Under the pieces are notes generated by a model that was not told where the DNA came from, did no database searches, and saw only the letters and a program-made list of their open reading frames with translations. From an uncultured virus (IMG/VR IMGVR_UViG_3300025313_000005) (Duplodnaviria > Heunggongvirae > Uroviricota > Caudoviricetes): DNA of 64,000 bases. The position numbers and the translations under genes were made by a program. Location: IMG/VR virus record IMGVR_UViG_3300025313_000005. The stretch is one strand, 5' to 3'. Position 1 is the stretch's first letter. Every line of letters starts with the position of its first letter. Below are positions 20,880 to 29,792 of this stretch, piece by piece.

Positions 20880-21078
20880 ACACTCATGTAAGCTAACAGC
20901 AGAACAAATTAAATCAATAATAATAGAATATAATTCTGGCATGGCATCAACAAAGTTAGCATTGAAATATTTAGTTGATAAGTCTACTATACTGCGTTTA
21001 CTTAGAAGATATAATATTACTCGTAGAGATAAATCAACAGCACGTAGAGAAATAGATGAATGCATATTTAAGTCTTGA
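20872..21078 (+). pseudogene. Small HTH protein; probable truncated remnant of an HTH-LAGLIDADG homing endonuclease
   Basis: LTAEQIKSIIIEYNSGMASTKLALKYLVDKSTILRLLRRYNITRR is an HTH. It ends at IDECIFKS-stop, where such endonucleases normally continue into the LAGLIDADG helix. Confidence 0.45.
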
Positions 21079-21157
21079 GAGTGAGTTCTATAATCCAAGC
21101 TAAGTAATTCGGACTATAGCTAGCTATTATTATACATAGAATTAAGGAGACATAGTT

Positions 21158-21694
21158 ATGCCGTTACCTCCATGGAATCACCCATCACCCAATCCAGTCG
21201 TTAATGATGAGACCATCATACGTGGTCGTCATATGAATGATATACGCGGTGCTGTAGATGATACACGTGCCAATGCTTTAGCACCTATTGATATGAACGA
21301 TACAGGTGAGAGGCGCAATGATAGGGTTGTAGCAAAGTATGCTTTTAATGCTGATTTAGCTGAGTGCTCCAACAAACTAAAAGATGAATCTGATGTTTGT
21401 AAAACATGGGCTGAACTTAAAGCAGAGCTCATCAAACAAGTATCCCACATGGATGTGCAATCACCACCTATGAATGGTGCTCCATTAGTTGGGGGAGTAC
21501 ATGAATTGCAGGTAACATATAGTTTTGGTTTTACAATTACACATGCTTATATAGCCTTACGTGGTGCCGATCCTTGTGCTACAAGGTCGGTACAAACTAT
21601 AAGTTGGTCTGGTAGTGATGTTACGGTAAAGTATGAACAAGCTGGTACTTGTGCAAATGATGGTGTTGATGCGGTAGTAGTAGCATTTGGTTAA
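21158..21694 (+). CDS. Putative virion structural (fibre-associated) protein
   Basis: AAGGAG RBS; IRGRHMNDIRGAVD N-terminal motif resembles fibre attachment domains; beta-rich C-terminus. Confidence 0.5.
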   Translation: MPLPPWNHPSPNPVVNDETIIRGRHMNDIRGAVDDTRANALAPIDMNDTGERRNDRVVAKYAFNADLAECSNKLKDESDVCKTWAELKAELIKQVSHMDVQSPPMNGAPLVGGVHELQVTYSFGFTITHAYIALRGADPCATRSVQTISWSGSDVTVKYEQAGTCANDGVDAVVVAFG

Positions 21695-21705
21695 GGAGAT
21701 ATTAC

Positions 21706-21936
21706 ATGAGTATTCCAATTTATATTATATGTAGTGGTAATACAGTATGGGGACTATCACCTAGGCGCATGCCAGATCCTATGACTCGTATAGAAGTAGA
21801 ACTATATATAGAACAATTTAATATACCAGACAACAATATCATACCTGTTACAGATAGTGATATGTTTAGGGTTATGAATGCTTACAGAGATAAAACATTA
21901 ATTATTTCTAATGGAACATATCGTATAGGAGCTTAA
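21706..21936 (+). CDS. Hypothetical protein
   Basis: Strong AAGGAG RBS; fills the gap in the operon. Confidence 0.6.
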   Translation: MSIPIYIICSGNTVWGLSPRRMPDPMTRIEVELYIEQFNIPDNNIIPVTDSDMFRVMNAYRDKTLIISNGTYRIGA

Positions 21937-21937
21937 T

Positions 21938-22816
21938 ATGTCAACTTCTAATTATCCTGATAATATAGATCCTGGCTTTATAGCGCGTCAAGATGATATC
22001 GACAAGGTGATGGCAGATCATGTTAATCACCTAGAGGATGCTCTTCTTAAGATACAAAAGACATTAGGCGTTCGTCCTATGGATCAGAACCCTACTGCGG
22101 TATGTGTAGAACAAATTAGTCCACGCACAGTAAAGAAGCGAATAGATAAGTTAGAAGAAGAATTATGTAGACTTTACAATGATCTACTTAGTAGAATCCC
22201 AGTTGGTGGTCCTGGGCCAGGTGGCACAGGCGTAACACAAATCGTAGCTGGTACCAATATTACAATTAACCCAACTGCTGGTACTGGTATAGTTACTATC
22301 AACTCTACAGCTACTGTAAATCCTGGTGTTACAGCAATATCTACAGGCGGCAATGGATTACGAGCCAATGGTGATGTAGTACTTGCGAGTGGTAATGTTG
22401 TGATGAGTTTAATAAGTGGACACACCACCAACAACTCTGGTGCTGACGTAGATAAATTAGATGGCAAGCATTTGTCTGAAATCATGGCAGATGTTGTAGG
22501 TTTAATACCTGCGCCTGATGCTCTTAAATTTACATCTGGTTCATATGCAGGAAATAACGTATACCCTAGAACTATTAGTTTATCATTTACACCTAAATTA
22601 GTTGCAATTTTTAATAATGCAGGATCTAGAAGTCATGATATGGTATTTATAACAGATTCACCATCAGGGTTTGCTATTGAAGGCACTACACATAGCACGT
22701 CCAGTGATCTAACTCTAACTACCAATGGGTTTACGCTTTCTGATTTTACAACCTTTCAATACCCTCAGATTCTCAATAACTTTAGCAATACCTACTATTA
22801 CCTCGCATTAGGTTAA
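21938..22816 (+). CDS. Tail fibre-like protein
   Basis: N-terminal NYPDNID...VMADHVNHLEDAL; GVTQIVAGTNITI; ADVDKLDGKH; C-terminal GSYAGN...ISLSFTPK...YYYLALG (gp53-like tip domain). Confidence 0.65.
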   Translation: MSTSNYPDNIDPGFIARQDDIDKVMADHVNHLEDALLKIQKTLGVRPMDQNPTAVCVEQISPRTVKKRIDKLEEELCRLYNDLLSRIPVGGPGPGGTGVTQIVAGTNITINPTAGTGIVTINSTATVNPGVTAISTGGNGLRANGDVVLASGNVVMSLISGHTTNNSGADVDKLDGKHLSEIMADVVGLIPAPDALKFTSGSYAGNNVYPRTISLSFTPKLVAIFNNAGSRSHDMVFITDSPSGFAIEGTTHSTSSDLTLTTNGFTLSDFTTFQYPQILNNFSNTYYYLALG

Positions 22817-22825
22817 TATTAAAAT

Positions 22826-24505
22826 ATGGGAAACTCCTATGATATCGCAAGATACGGCCTAGATGTTTATGGCGCACGCACACTAGGTGTGCGTGCTAAG
22901 TTTGGTAATATTTCTCCTATCAATGCAGTTAATTTAGCTTACATATCTATTCCTCCTATTCTTCCATCCTCAGTAGAAGTACTTGATCTATTACGTGCTG
23001 ATGAGAAAAATAACTATGGATATGAAAACATCAATCTTGAAGTGATAGATGGCATATTATCTACACCATTAGGTGGAGAAGTAATATTCAAATCAGAAAA
23101 CATACTAGTTACAAATATATTTCATCAAAGTGGATTACCTCTTTATTATAAATATAAAACCAGACAACTAGTTCAGGTTAATAGTGAAGAAGATTTTTTT
23201 AAGCAACATCCCGCATCTGTTGTGATGGAGGGTGGGGATCCATTACCACCTGGATACTTATACAAATTCACCTTAGAACCATTAGTATCTATCCCTGAGG
23301 CACCTAATTTAATGCAACCAGTTGTTTATACAAACTTTACAGGTAGTGAAGGTACCAGATTTAAGGTGCGTTATAATCCATGGGATAGTATTAAGAACAA
23401 GCCTAAGTTTGGATATGAAGAATTACTTAATGTTAGGCCATCTTTCTTTATAGCTAAGTATGCTGATGAGAATGCAGTACAATTAATACGTGTCGGACAT
23501 GGATTTGCTGTACAAGTATTTGATACGACTAAAACATACGCAGCTAAGGTTATTAATGGCCCTCAGATATTTACCCTATCTCCTATTACCAGAGATCCAT
23601 TTAATACATGGTATGTACGCATACGTAGGGGACAACTAAGTGATGGTAGCTTTTGGAATACAGATTATTACAAACAAAACTTTAATGCTTACGTGCCCAT
23701 TATGAAATCCATAGAAGAAGAATCTTCTGTTATTACAGAACATAAAATACAAGTAGCACACCTTAACATATTGATTGATCCAGACTTCCCTATTACAGTA
23801 ACTCGTAATGGTGTTGTCGTTCCCGAGATTAAGATTAAAGATATAGACGGAGCTAATGGTGTTATAGAATTATCTAGAATATTTCTAAGTCCAGAAGATC
23901 ATATTAAGGTTACGTATTCATACCTGGAAGACTATTTAGATTATCGTGGGTACATAGACATGTCAGGACAATTTATACACCTAGATGTTAATCTTAATTC
24001 ACAACATACATTTACAGACTTATGGTTAAAACAATTAGAACAACCATCCACCTCCCAAGCAGGTGGTATCCAAGAACCTACATGGAAGTTAATTAACAAC
24101 ACTATCCATCTGTATTATGACGCAACACGTAAGATGATGTGGCACCAAGTAGGTAATATAACTAATGTACTATGGGCTGATTACAATAAGGATGTTGAGA
24201 TTGCCCAAGTTAGATTGCAATACCAAATACAAGACCCTATTGTGATAGATACTAGGTCTCGTGGTGGTGGAATAAATGAACGAGTACAGCTGCCTAAAGA
24301 TGCACGCATGTATTGGGATATACACTTCTTTGATGGGGATCCATTTCCTATGCACGGTTCTTTTGTTGTAGATGTTAATACACAGAATTTCTCAAGAGAC
24401 TATATATTGTCTATTGCCAATAAGTGGAAAGCAGCTGGAACATATCCCTTACTAACTAAAACGTCAGGTACTCTCCTAGAACCCGAATTGAAATCGGCAT
24501 TTTAA
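22826..24505 (+). CDS. Virion structural protein (baseplate region)
   Basis: 559-aa beta-rich ORF in the structural operon; IDTRSRGGG...YWDI...KWKAAGT. Confidence 0.5.
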   Translation: MGNSYDIARYGLDVYGARTLGVRAKFGNISPINAVNLAYISIPPILPSSVEVLDLLRADEKNNYGYENINLEVIDGILSTPLGGEVIFKSENILVTNIFHQSGLPLYYKYKTRQLVQVNSEEDFFKQHPASVVMEGGDPLPPGYLYKFTLEPLVSIPEAPNLMQPVVYTNFTGSEGTRFKVRYNPWDSIKNKPKFGYEELLNVRPSFFIAKYADENAVQLIRVGHGFAVQVFDTTKTYAAKVINGPQIFTLSPITRDPFNTWYVRIRRGQLSDGSFWNTDYYKQNFNAYVPIMKSIEEESSVITEHKIQVAHLNILIDPDFPITVTRNGVVVPEIKIKDIDGANGVIELSRIFLSPEDHIKVTYSYLEDYLDYRGYIDMSGQFIHLDVNLNSQHTFTDLWLKQLEQPSTSQAGGIQEPTWKLINNTIHLYYDATRKMMWHQVGNITNVLWADYNKDVEIAQVRLQYQIQDPIVIDTRSRGGGINERVQLPKDARMYWDIHFFDGDPFPMHGSFVVDVNTQNFSRDYILSIANKWKAAGTYPLLTKTSGTLLEPELKSAF

Positions 24506-24516
24506 TATGCTATACT
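24488..24516 (+). promoter_or_regulatory. sigma70/sigmaA-type promoter with extended -10
   Basis: TTGAAA (24488-93), 17 bp spacer, TATACT (24511-16), TG at 24508-09. Confidence 0.6.
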
Positions 24517-24526
24517 AGATAAAGAT

Positions 24527-27163
24527 ATGTCCATATTAGATCAATACAAAACTATCATACCTAAATTCCAAGCTAACGAGATAGATTTAGCATTCTCGTT
24601 AGATACAGCTATTTCAATCCCTCTTCAATCAGAGAATCCCACGATCACCATAACGAAAATATCTTCTACCGAGATAACACGCCTATCTTCAGAAGCAATG
24701 AATGGTTTAATGTCAACAACTGCTGTGGATATTAAATCTCTATTTGCGTCATCTAACTTTTTACGAGGCAAAATTACTACTCTTGAGCGTTTAGGTAGTG
24801 ATACGCTCCTTAATCTGGAGCGTGATCTTACTCGCTTAGAGAACCTAGTCGAAGAAGGATATTTCAGACAATGGGCAGCTAGAGAAGGATACTCATTAGC
24901 ATTTCATGAAACATTTGCAGACAATACCAAAGTAGAAGATAGTGATATTTGGTATAATACAACTGATCGTAAGGGGACTGTTAATGTTGATGAACAAATA
25001 GTAACCCTACAAGTAGTTAATGAATTTGATAGAATACATGCTCCAGTAGATGAAATCAACATAGCTAATGTCAAGGTTATAGATCAGTACGGCTATGTAT
25101 CTAAAGTATTTCAATCGTTACGTGAACCTAAGAATGCCATAGATAATTCAACAGATAATTTCTGGGGAGAAGTTGCCGTAACTGAAGAACCTATAAGCTT
25201 GTATGTTAATCTAACAGAGAAATATAATTACCCACAATTTAATAATAATGATGTAACTATTGACCGTGGTGCGGTAGCCGTACTACAAATAGAGTTTAAA
25301 AACATGCAGATACTTAATACTATTCAAATAGCTCCATTTACAGAGTATCCTGTGCGTATTATGGGGATAGCTGCATTAGATGCAGCAGGACAACTAATTA
25401 AATATGTTTATATAGGTCAAGAATATATTAATCAAACTACTACTTTTAATTTTCCATCAGTAGATGGAGTACAATATCTCAATATAATCCTACATCAACC
25501 TCACTTTAGAAAAGATGTCTTCTTGATTACTGACGATCAAAAGCGTCAGACAACACTATGGAGACAGATAATAGGTGAACACCCTATCGTTGGTACGCCT
25601 AAATTACAACTTGGTAAAACAATAGAAGACACATTTGACTTGGCCTTAGAGGCTATTAAGCCAACCACTAGTCAAGTAGTGCCATATATACAATATGTTT
25701 ACGTATATGGCATACACGATCTAAGAGTATGGCATAGAGTATATGCTAGTGATAGCGTTATAGTCTCTAGACCCTATGAAACGATACGTAATGTAATACA
25801 GGGTGCTTTATTTACTAAGGAAGATATACCTCTAGACAACAATGGTTTTCCCAAGGCAACTATAGAGTACGATATTACCTTTGATGATGGTAATCCGTTC
25901 TATCCAATTGCTCCCATTAATAAGGCATTTATCTACGAACAGCAAACAGGTATTGCTCCTGGTAAATTACTGCCTCGCTTATTTATTAAGACGGTTATGC
26001 AAGTGTGGGACACCTCTGGTAATACTATAAATATAGATGCATATGATCGAACTACTATTACATCAGCCAACATAGTAGCAGACCAAGAATATGTTATTCA
26101 ATATATACCAGATGATGTATCTAGATTTGCTGACCTAGTATTTGGTACAGAGATAGATAAGATAAAACATACAACTGAGGTAATTACAGGCGGAACAGAT
26201 CGTAATCAAATCTTACAGCTTAAGAGAGAACCATATGTTAATCATGGATTAATATCTTCTGGATACAACCCTAATGGTAAGGTAGATAGCGGTGATTATG
26301 TACCCGTACAAGTTATGGTAGATAACGCTAATTTACCAGTAATCATCGATGGCATAGATACAACAATACAAAAGATTACACAAGATACTACTAAGAAATC
26401 AGATGTAGAGATACCGTTTGTATATAACGAAACAGATTATATAGCAGTATCAGATGTTACACTACCAGAATATGATAGAGAAGTTGGAGAGCTAGGATAT
26501 ATACACCTAGCCAATAGACTAGTACTTAATGCTTCGCTAGATCCAACAGCTAAGATAAGAGTTAACTATGATAGAGCAATAGATAATCTACGAATACGCG
26601 TTAGGATGCGTAGACACGTAAACGACACTTCTATTACGCCTAAGGTATTTGCATATATGCTTGTTGCAAGAGAAGGGAATATCTCAAGCGAAGAACAAGA
26701 AGGATCTCTTGGAAATATATGGGGAGGTGCTCAGGTTATACCTAGTACATCTCTTGTATATGAAACCACAACTCCTTCTATAACTAAGTTCTTACGTATT
26801 ATAAATGCGGGTAACGCTCCAGATACGTATACATTTAAAATTACAGGGCTAACTAATGTAAGTTCTATAATATTAGTAGACGACTTAGGTCTTAATCAGT
26901 TTATAGATGGTATAGATCCAGTAATTGTTAGTGGAGTAGTTCCAAATATTAGCGGTAGCATGAGTAGGACATTAAACGTAGGACAGTCTATGTCCTTAGG
27001 TTTGATGATTACTACATCTACTCTACCTTCAATTGTTAATATGTTAATTATATCTAAATATCCCGTAGATTGGACTGAGAACGAGAATTGGACAGGTGTG
27101 CCTCCAGCCTCAGCGGAGGCTAAATTTACAACACCAATTACTATAAACATAGTGTCAGCTTAA
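24527..27163 (+). CDS. Virion protein with N-terminal coiled coil and discoidin (F5/8C)-like domain; paralog 1
   Basis: NAIDNSTDNFW; YLNIILHQP; YVYGIHDL...YASDSVIVSRPY; TPKVFAYML; extra C-terminal Ig-like domain. Confidence 0.55.
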   Translation: MSILDQYKTIIPKFQANEIDLAFSLDTAISIPLQSENPTITITKISSTEITRLSSEAMNGLMSTTAVDIKSLFASSNFLRGKITTLERLGSDTLLNLERDLTRLENLVEEGYFRQWAAREGYSLAFHETFADNTKVEDSDIWYNTTDRKGTVNVDEQIVTLQVVNEFDRIHAPVDEINIANVKVIDQYGYVSKVFQSLREPKNAIDNSTDNFWGEVAVTEEPISLYVNLTEKYNYPQFNNNDVTIDRGAVAVLQIEFKNMQILNTIQIAPFTEYPVRIMGIAALDAAGQLIKYVYIGQEYINQTTTFNFPSVDGVQYLNIILHQPHFRKDVFLITDDQKRQTTLWRQIIGEHPIVGTPKLQLGKTIEDTFDLALEAIKPTTSQVVPYIQYVYVYGIHDLRVWHRVYASDSVIVSRPYETIRNVIQGALFTKEDIPLDNNGFPKATIEYDITFDDGNPFYPIAPINKAFIYEQQTGIAPGKLLPRLFIKTVMQVWDTSGNTINIDAYDRTTITSANIVADQEYVIQYIPDDVSRFADLVFGTEIDKIKHTTEVITGGTDRNQILQLKREPYVNHGLISSGYNPNGKVDSGDYVPVQVMVDNANLPVIIDGIDTTIQKITQDTTKKSDVEIPFVYNETDYIAVSDVTLPEYDREVGELGYIHLANRLVLNASLDPTAKIRVNYDRAIDNLRIRVRMRRHVNDTSITPKVFAYMLVAREGNISSEEQEGSLGNIWGGAQVIPSTSLVYETTTPSITKFLRIINAGNAPDTYTFKITGLTNVSSIILVDDLGLNQFIDGIDPVIVSGVVPNISGSMSRTLNVGQSMSLGLMITTSTLPSIVNMLIISKYPVDWTENENWTGVPPASAEAKFTTPITINIVSA

Positions 27164-27173
27164 GGAAATACAA

Positions 27174-28688
27174 ATGGCTAATCCATCTCTATATCAAATA
27201 CAATCAATTATAGCTAATGAGCAGGGCAACGATATCATAGAAGCCCTTAAATTAGCTTTTGGTAAAGATCTACAAACACAACTATCCATACTTCAAGTAT
27301 TAATACAGTCTATAGATAGTTACTACACAAACATAGGACAACCAAGGATCGAAGATCATTTCTTTGTAGGTATGCCTATTGCAGAAGATATAAATACCCT
27401 ACAAGAACAAATGCGATTAGATATTAATCTTCTCTTTAAAGAGCATTTTACTATTACTCATACATTAGATGAATTATTTGCACTACATAATGTAGAGAAT
27501 GATTACCTCATAGCTCTTCATACAAAGATAGAAAATGATGTAACTATATATTCTACACCTAAATCGAGTGCAGGTAGTATGATTAAGTTCTTTGTTGGTG
27601 ATGACTTCAACGATGATAGTAGGGTAGATAAGGCAGAGTCCACAGGTGTAATCGAAAATGGTGGAGCTATGCTTGCCAAACAAGGTTTTAGTGACTACAC
27701 AGATGAGGTTGTATTGGCAGTTGATAACTCAGTTGTAGATCTTGCACTTAATCCTTCTGTGAAACCCATGTTAGAAGCTGGTCCTCCTAAGGGCAGTATA
27801 ACATTTAGAAGCAATGGCTTCCCTGGTAATACACATGAAGTTAATACAACAGTAAGTAAGGATAGTGGTTCTTTCTCAAGCAACATAAGTTTTGTTGGAG
27901 AAGAAGATCTTCACAATAATATACTAAATATTATTGATAAAGACCCTACTACATGGTATGAGTATGAGGTGGTGAATGTTAAGCCATCTCTTAAGGCAGA
28001 TCCCGCTATGTGCTACGGATTCTCATTTACATTAGGTGACGAAGGTAGCACGAAGTATATTCATTGGGATGATTTCACAGATAGTCATCTTGGTTCCATT
28101 GTATTTGATCCTCAACAAGTTAATCCCCCAGACATACATAAGTCTGCTCCTGAAAACATATTCACACAGAGTATTCAAGACAGAAGACTCATACAAGATA
28201 CCAACATATCAGATGTATCATCAAATATAATACCTTCTATGCCATTAGCCAACGCACCTAAGAATCAATGTGTTCCTGGTGCGCCCCAGACAGGAAAGCC
28301 ATTAAGACTAGGTATTAAAGTAGTTCTTCAACAAGAACGTATACTTAATCGCATATCTATATTACCTAAGATAATTAACGGCAGAGCTCCTCGTATTATA
28401 TCTATACAGGTAGCTCCCGATCCAGAGACAGCTAAGTTTGCTGGAACTACATGGGAGTGGAGGACAGTAACGAGAGAGTCCTCATTTAATCCTACGCTTA
28501 TAGATCTAAATGAGAATATTACACCTGAAACTACAGAGCAAGATACGATTATATTTGAACCTAGACCAGTGAGATATATACGAATACTTTTAGAGCAACC
28601 ACAGTCCTATCCTACGCGCATAGGACACATATATTGGATACAAAGAGATACAACAGTTACAACTAAAGTTAAGACAGGATTATTTTAA
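27174..28688 (+). CDS. Virion protein, discoidin-like paralog 2, N-terminal part (gene appears split)
   Basis: NIIDKDPTTWYE; VRYIRILLEQP; lacks the family's C-terminal motifs, which are in the next ORF. Confidence 0.55.
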   Translation: MANPSLYQIQSIIANEQGNDIIEALKLAFGKDLQTQLSILQVLIQSIDSYYTNIGQPRIEDHFFVGMPIAEDINTLQEQMRLDINLLFKEHFTITHTLDELFALHNVENDYLIALHTKIENDVTIYSTPKSSAGSMIKFFVGDDFNDDSRVDKAESTGVIENGGAMLAKQGFSDYTDEVVLAVDNSVVDLALNPSVKPMLEAGPPKGSITFRSNGFPGNTHEVNTTVSKDSGSFSSNISFVGEEDLHNNILNIIDKDPTTWYEYEVVNVKPSLKADPAMCYGFSFTLGDEGSTKYIHWDDFTDSHLGSIVFDPQQVNPPDIHKSAPENIFTQSIQDRRLIQDTNISDVSSNIIPSMPLANAPKNQCVPGAPQTGKPLRLGIKVVLQQERILNRISILPKIINGRAPRIISIQVAPDPETAKFAGTTWEWRTVTRESSFNPTLIDLNENITPETTEQDTIIFEPRPVRYIRILLEQPQSYPTRIGHIYWIQRDTTVTTKVKTGLF

Positions 28689-28690
28689 AC

Positions 28691-29791
28691 ATGGGCGGCA
28701 TCTTTGGTGGTAAGCCAAAAGTTAAGCAATCAGTGAGTGTTACCGAACGGCGCATTCCAGGCCCAGATCCCTCACTGGAGATATTATATGGACAGAGCAT
28801 AGGTGCAGCAACACCAGCTCTAGCGTCCATAAATAATCCCATTCTTTCATCGCTATCTCCTTCGTTAACCAACATAGCTTCTGGTCTTACGGGATTACCT
28901 GGACTTGGTAGTATGGCGTCTAATCCTCTAGGATCTCTTACTCAGTTAGTTAATCCTCAGCAATTGCTTGGCAATATAGGTGGCCTAGGTAATCTAGGTA
29001 GTATATTTGGCGGAGGCATGGGTTCTAATATACTGGGAGCTGGAGGACTATCATCCTTTATAGGTCCATCTGCGGGTGGTGCTCTAGGTAGCGTTATAGG
29101 CGGAGTTGTTCCTGGATTAGGTGGAGGAGGCTTATCTGGCATCTTAGGTTCAGGGACAATAGGTATACCTGGAATTGGTGGATTAGGAGGATTGGGAGGT
29201 GCTTTGGGTGCAGTGGGCACAGCCCTACCAATCATCAGTGGTGTTCTTGGAGCAATAGGGGGGCTTTTTGGTAAGACAAAAAAGACCGTACAAACCACCA
29301 CAGAAGTCCTTGGTCCCTTCTTAGAATCATTTGAAGGCTGGAGATATGCTATAGCTCTCAGAGATATATCAATACTATCTGAAAGATATGCGGCTCAATC
29401 TCAAATGGTGTCATCCAACTTTATAACACCATTTAATATTAGAACAGTTCGATTAGTTGTATCAGAAAATATACCTTCCGAGAAATTAGCTCCCTCTTTT
29501 GATAGAACAACAGAGTGGATACAGTACTCCATAAGTATGGATGGAGGACAGAGTTGGTATAGGATAGCACCTAAGAGTCATGTATTTGCTAGTGTACCCA
29601 GAAAATATATTATCAATCAAGAACTTCCAGAAGGCGCAGATCCTACTAAATTAGGCAGTATCATGACCCAAGATAATAAGGCTTTTGAAATTAAATTTAT
29701 GGCAGTGATTACGCGACCTAGCGACCAAGAGAACCTAACACCTATTCTTAATGGATATAGGCTTCTACTAGAAGGAGATACAGAACTTTAA
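28691..29791 (+). CDS. Virion protein, paralog 2 C-terminal part, with a long Gly-rich hydrophobic tract
   Basis: WRYAIALRDISI...YAAQSQMVSSNF and TPILNGYRLL match the C-terminal motifs of paralogs 24527 and 29793. Confidence 0.55.
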   Translation: MGGIFGGKPKVKQSVSVTERRIPGPDPSLEILYGQSIGAATPALASINNPILSSLSPSLTNIASGLTGLPGLGSMASNPLGSLTQLVNPQQLLGNIGGLGNLGSIFGGGMGSNILGAGGLSSFIGPSAGGALGSVIGGVVPGLGGGGLSGILGSGTIGIPGIGGLGGLGGALGAVGTALPIISGVLGAIGGLFGKTKKTVQTTTEVLGPFLESFEGWRYAIALRDISILSERYAAQSQMVSSNFITPFNIRTVRLVVSENIPSEKLAPSFDRTTEWIQYSISMDGGQSWYRIAPKSHVFASVPRKYIINQELPEGADPTKLGSIMTQDNKAFEIKFMAVITRPSDQENLTPILNGYRLLLEGDTEL

Positions 29792-29792
29792 C

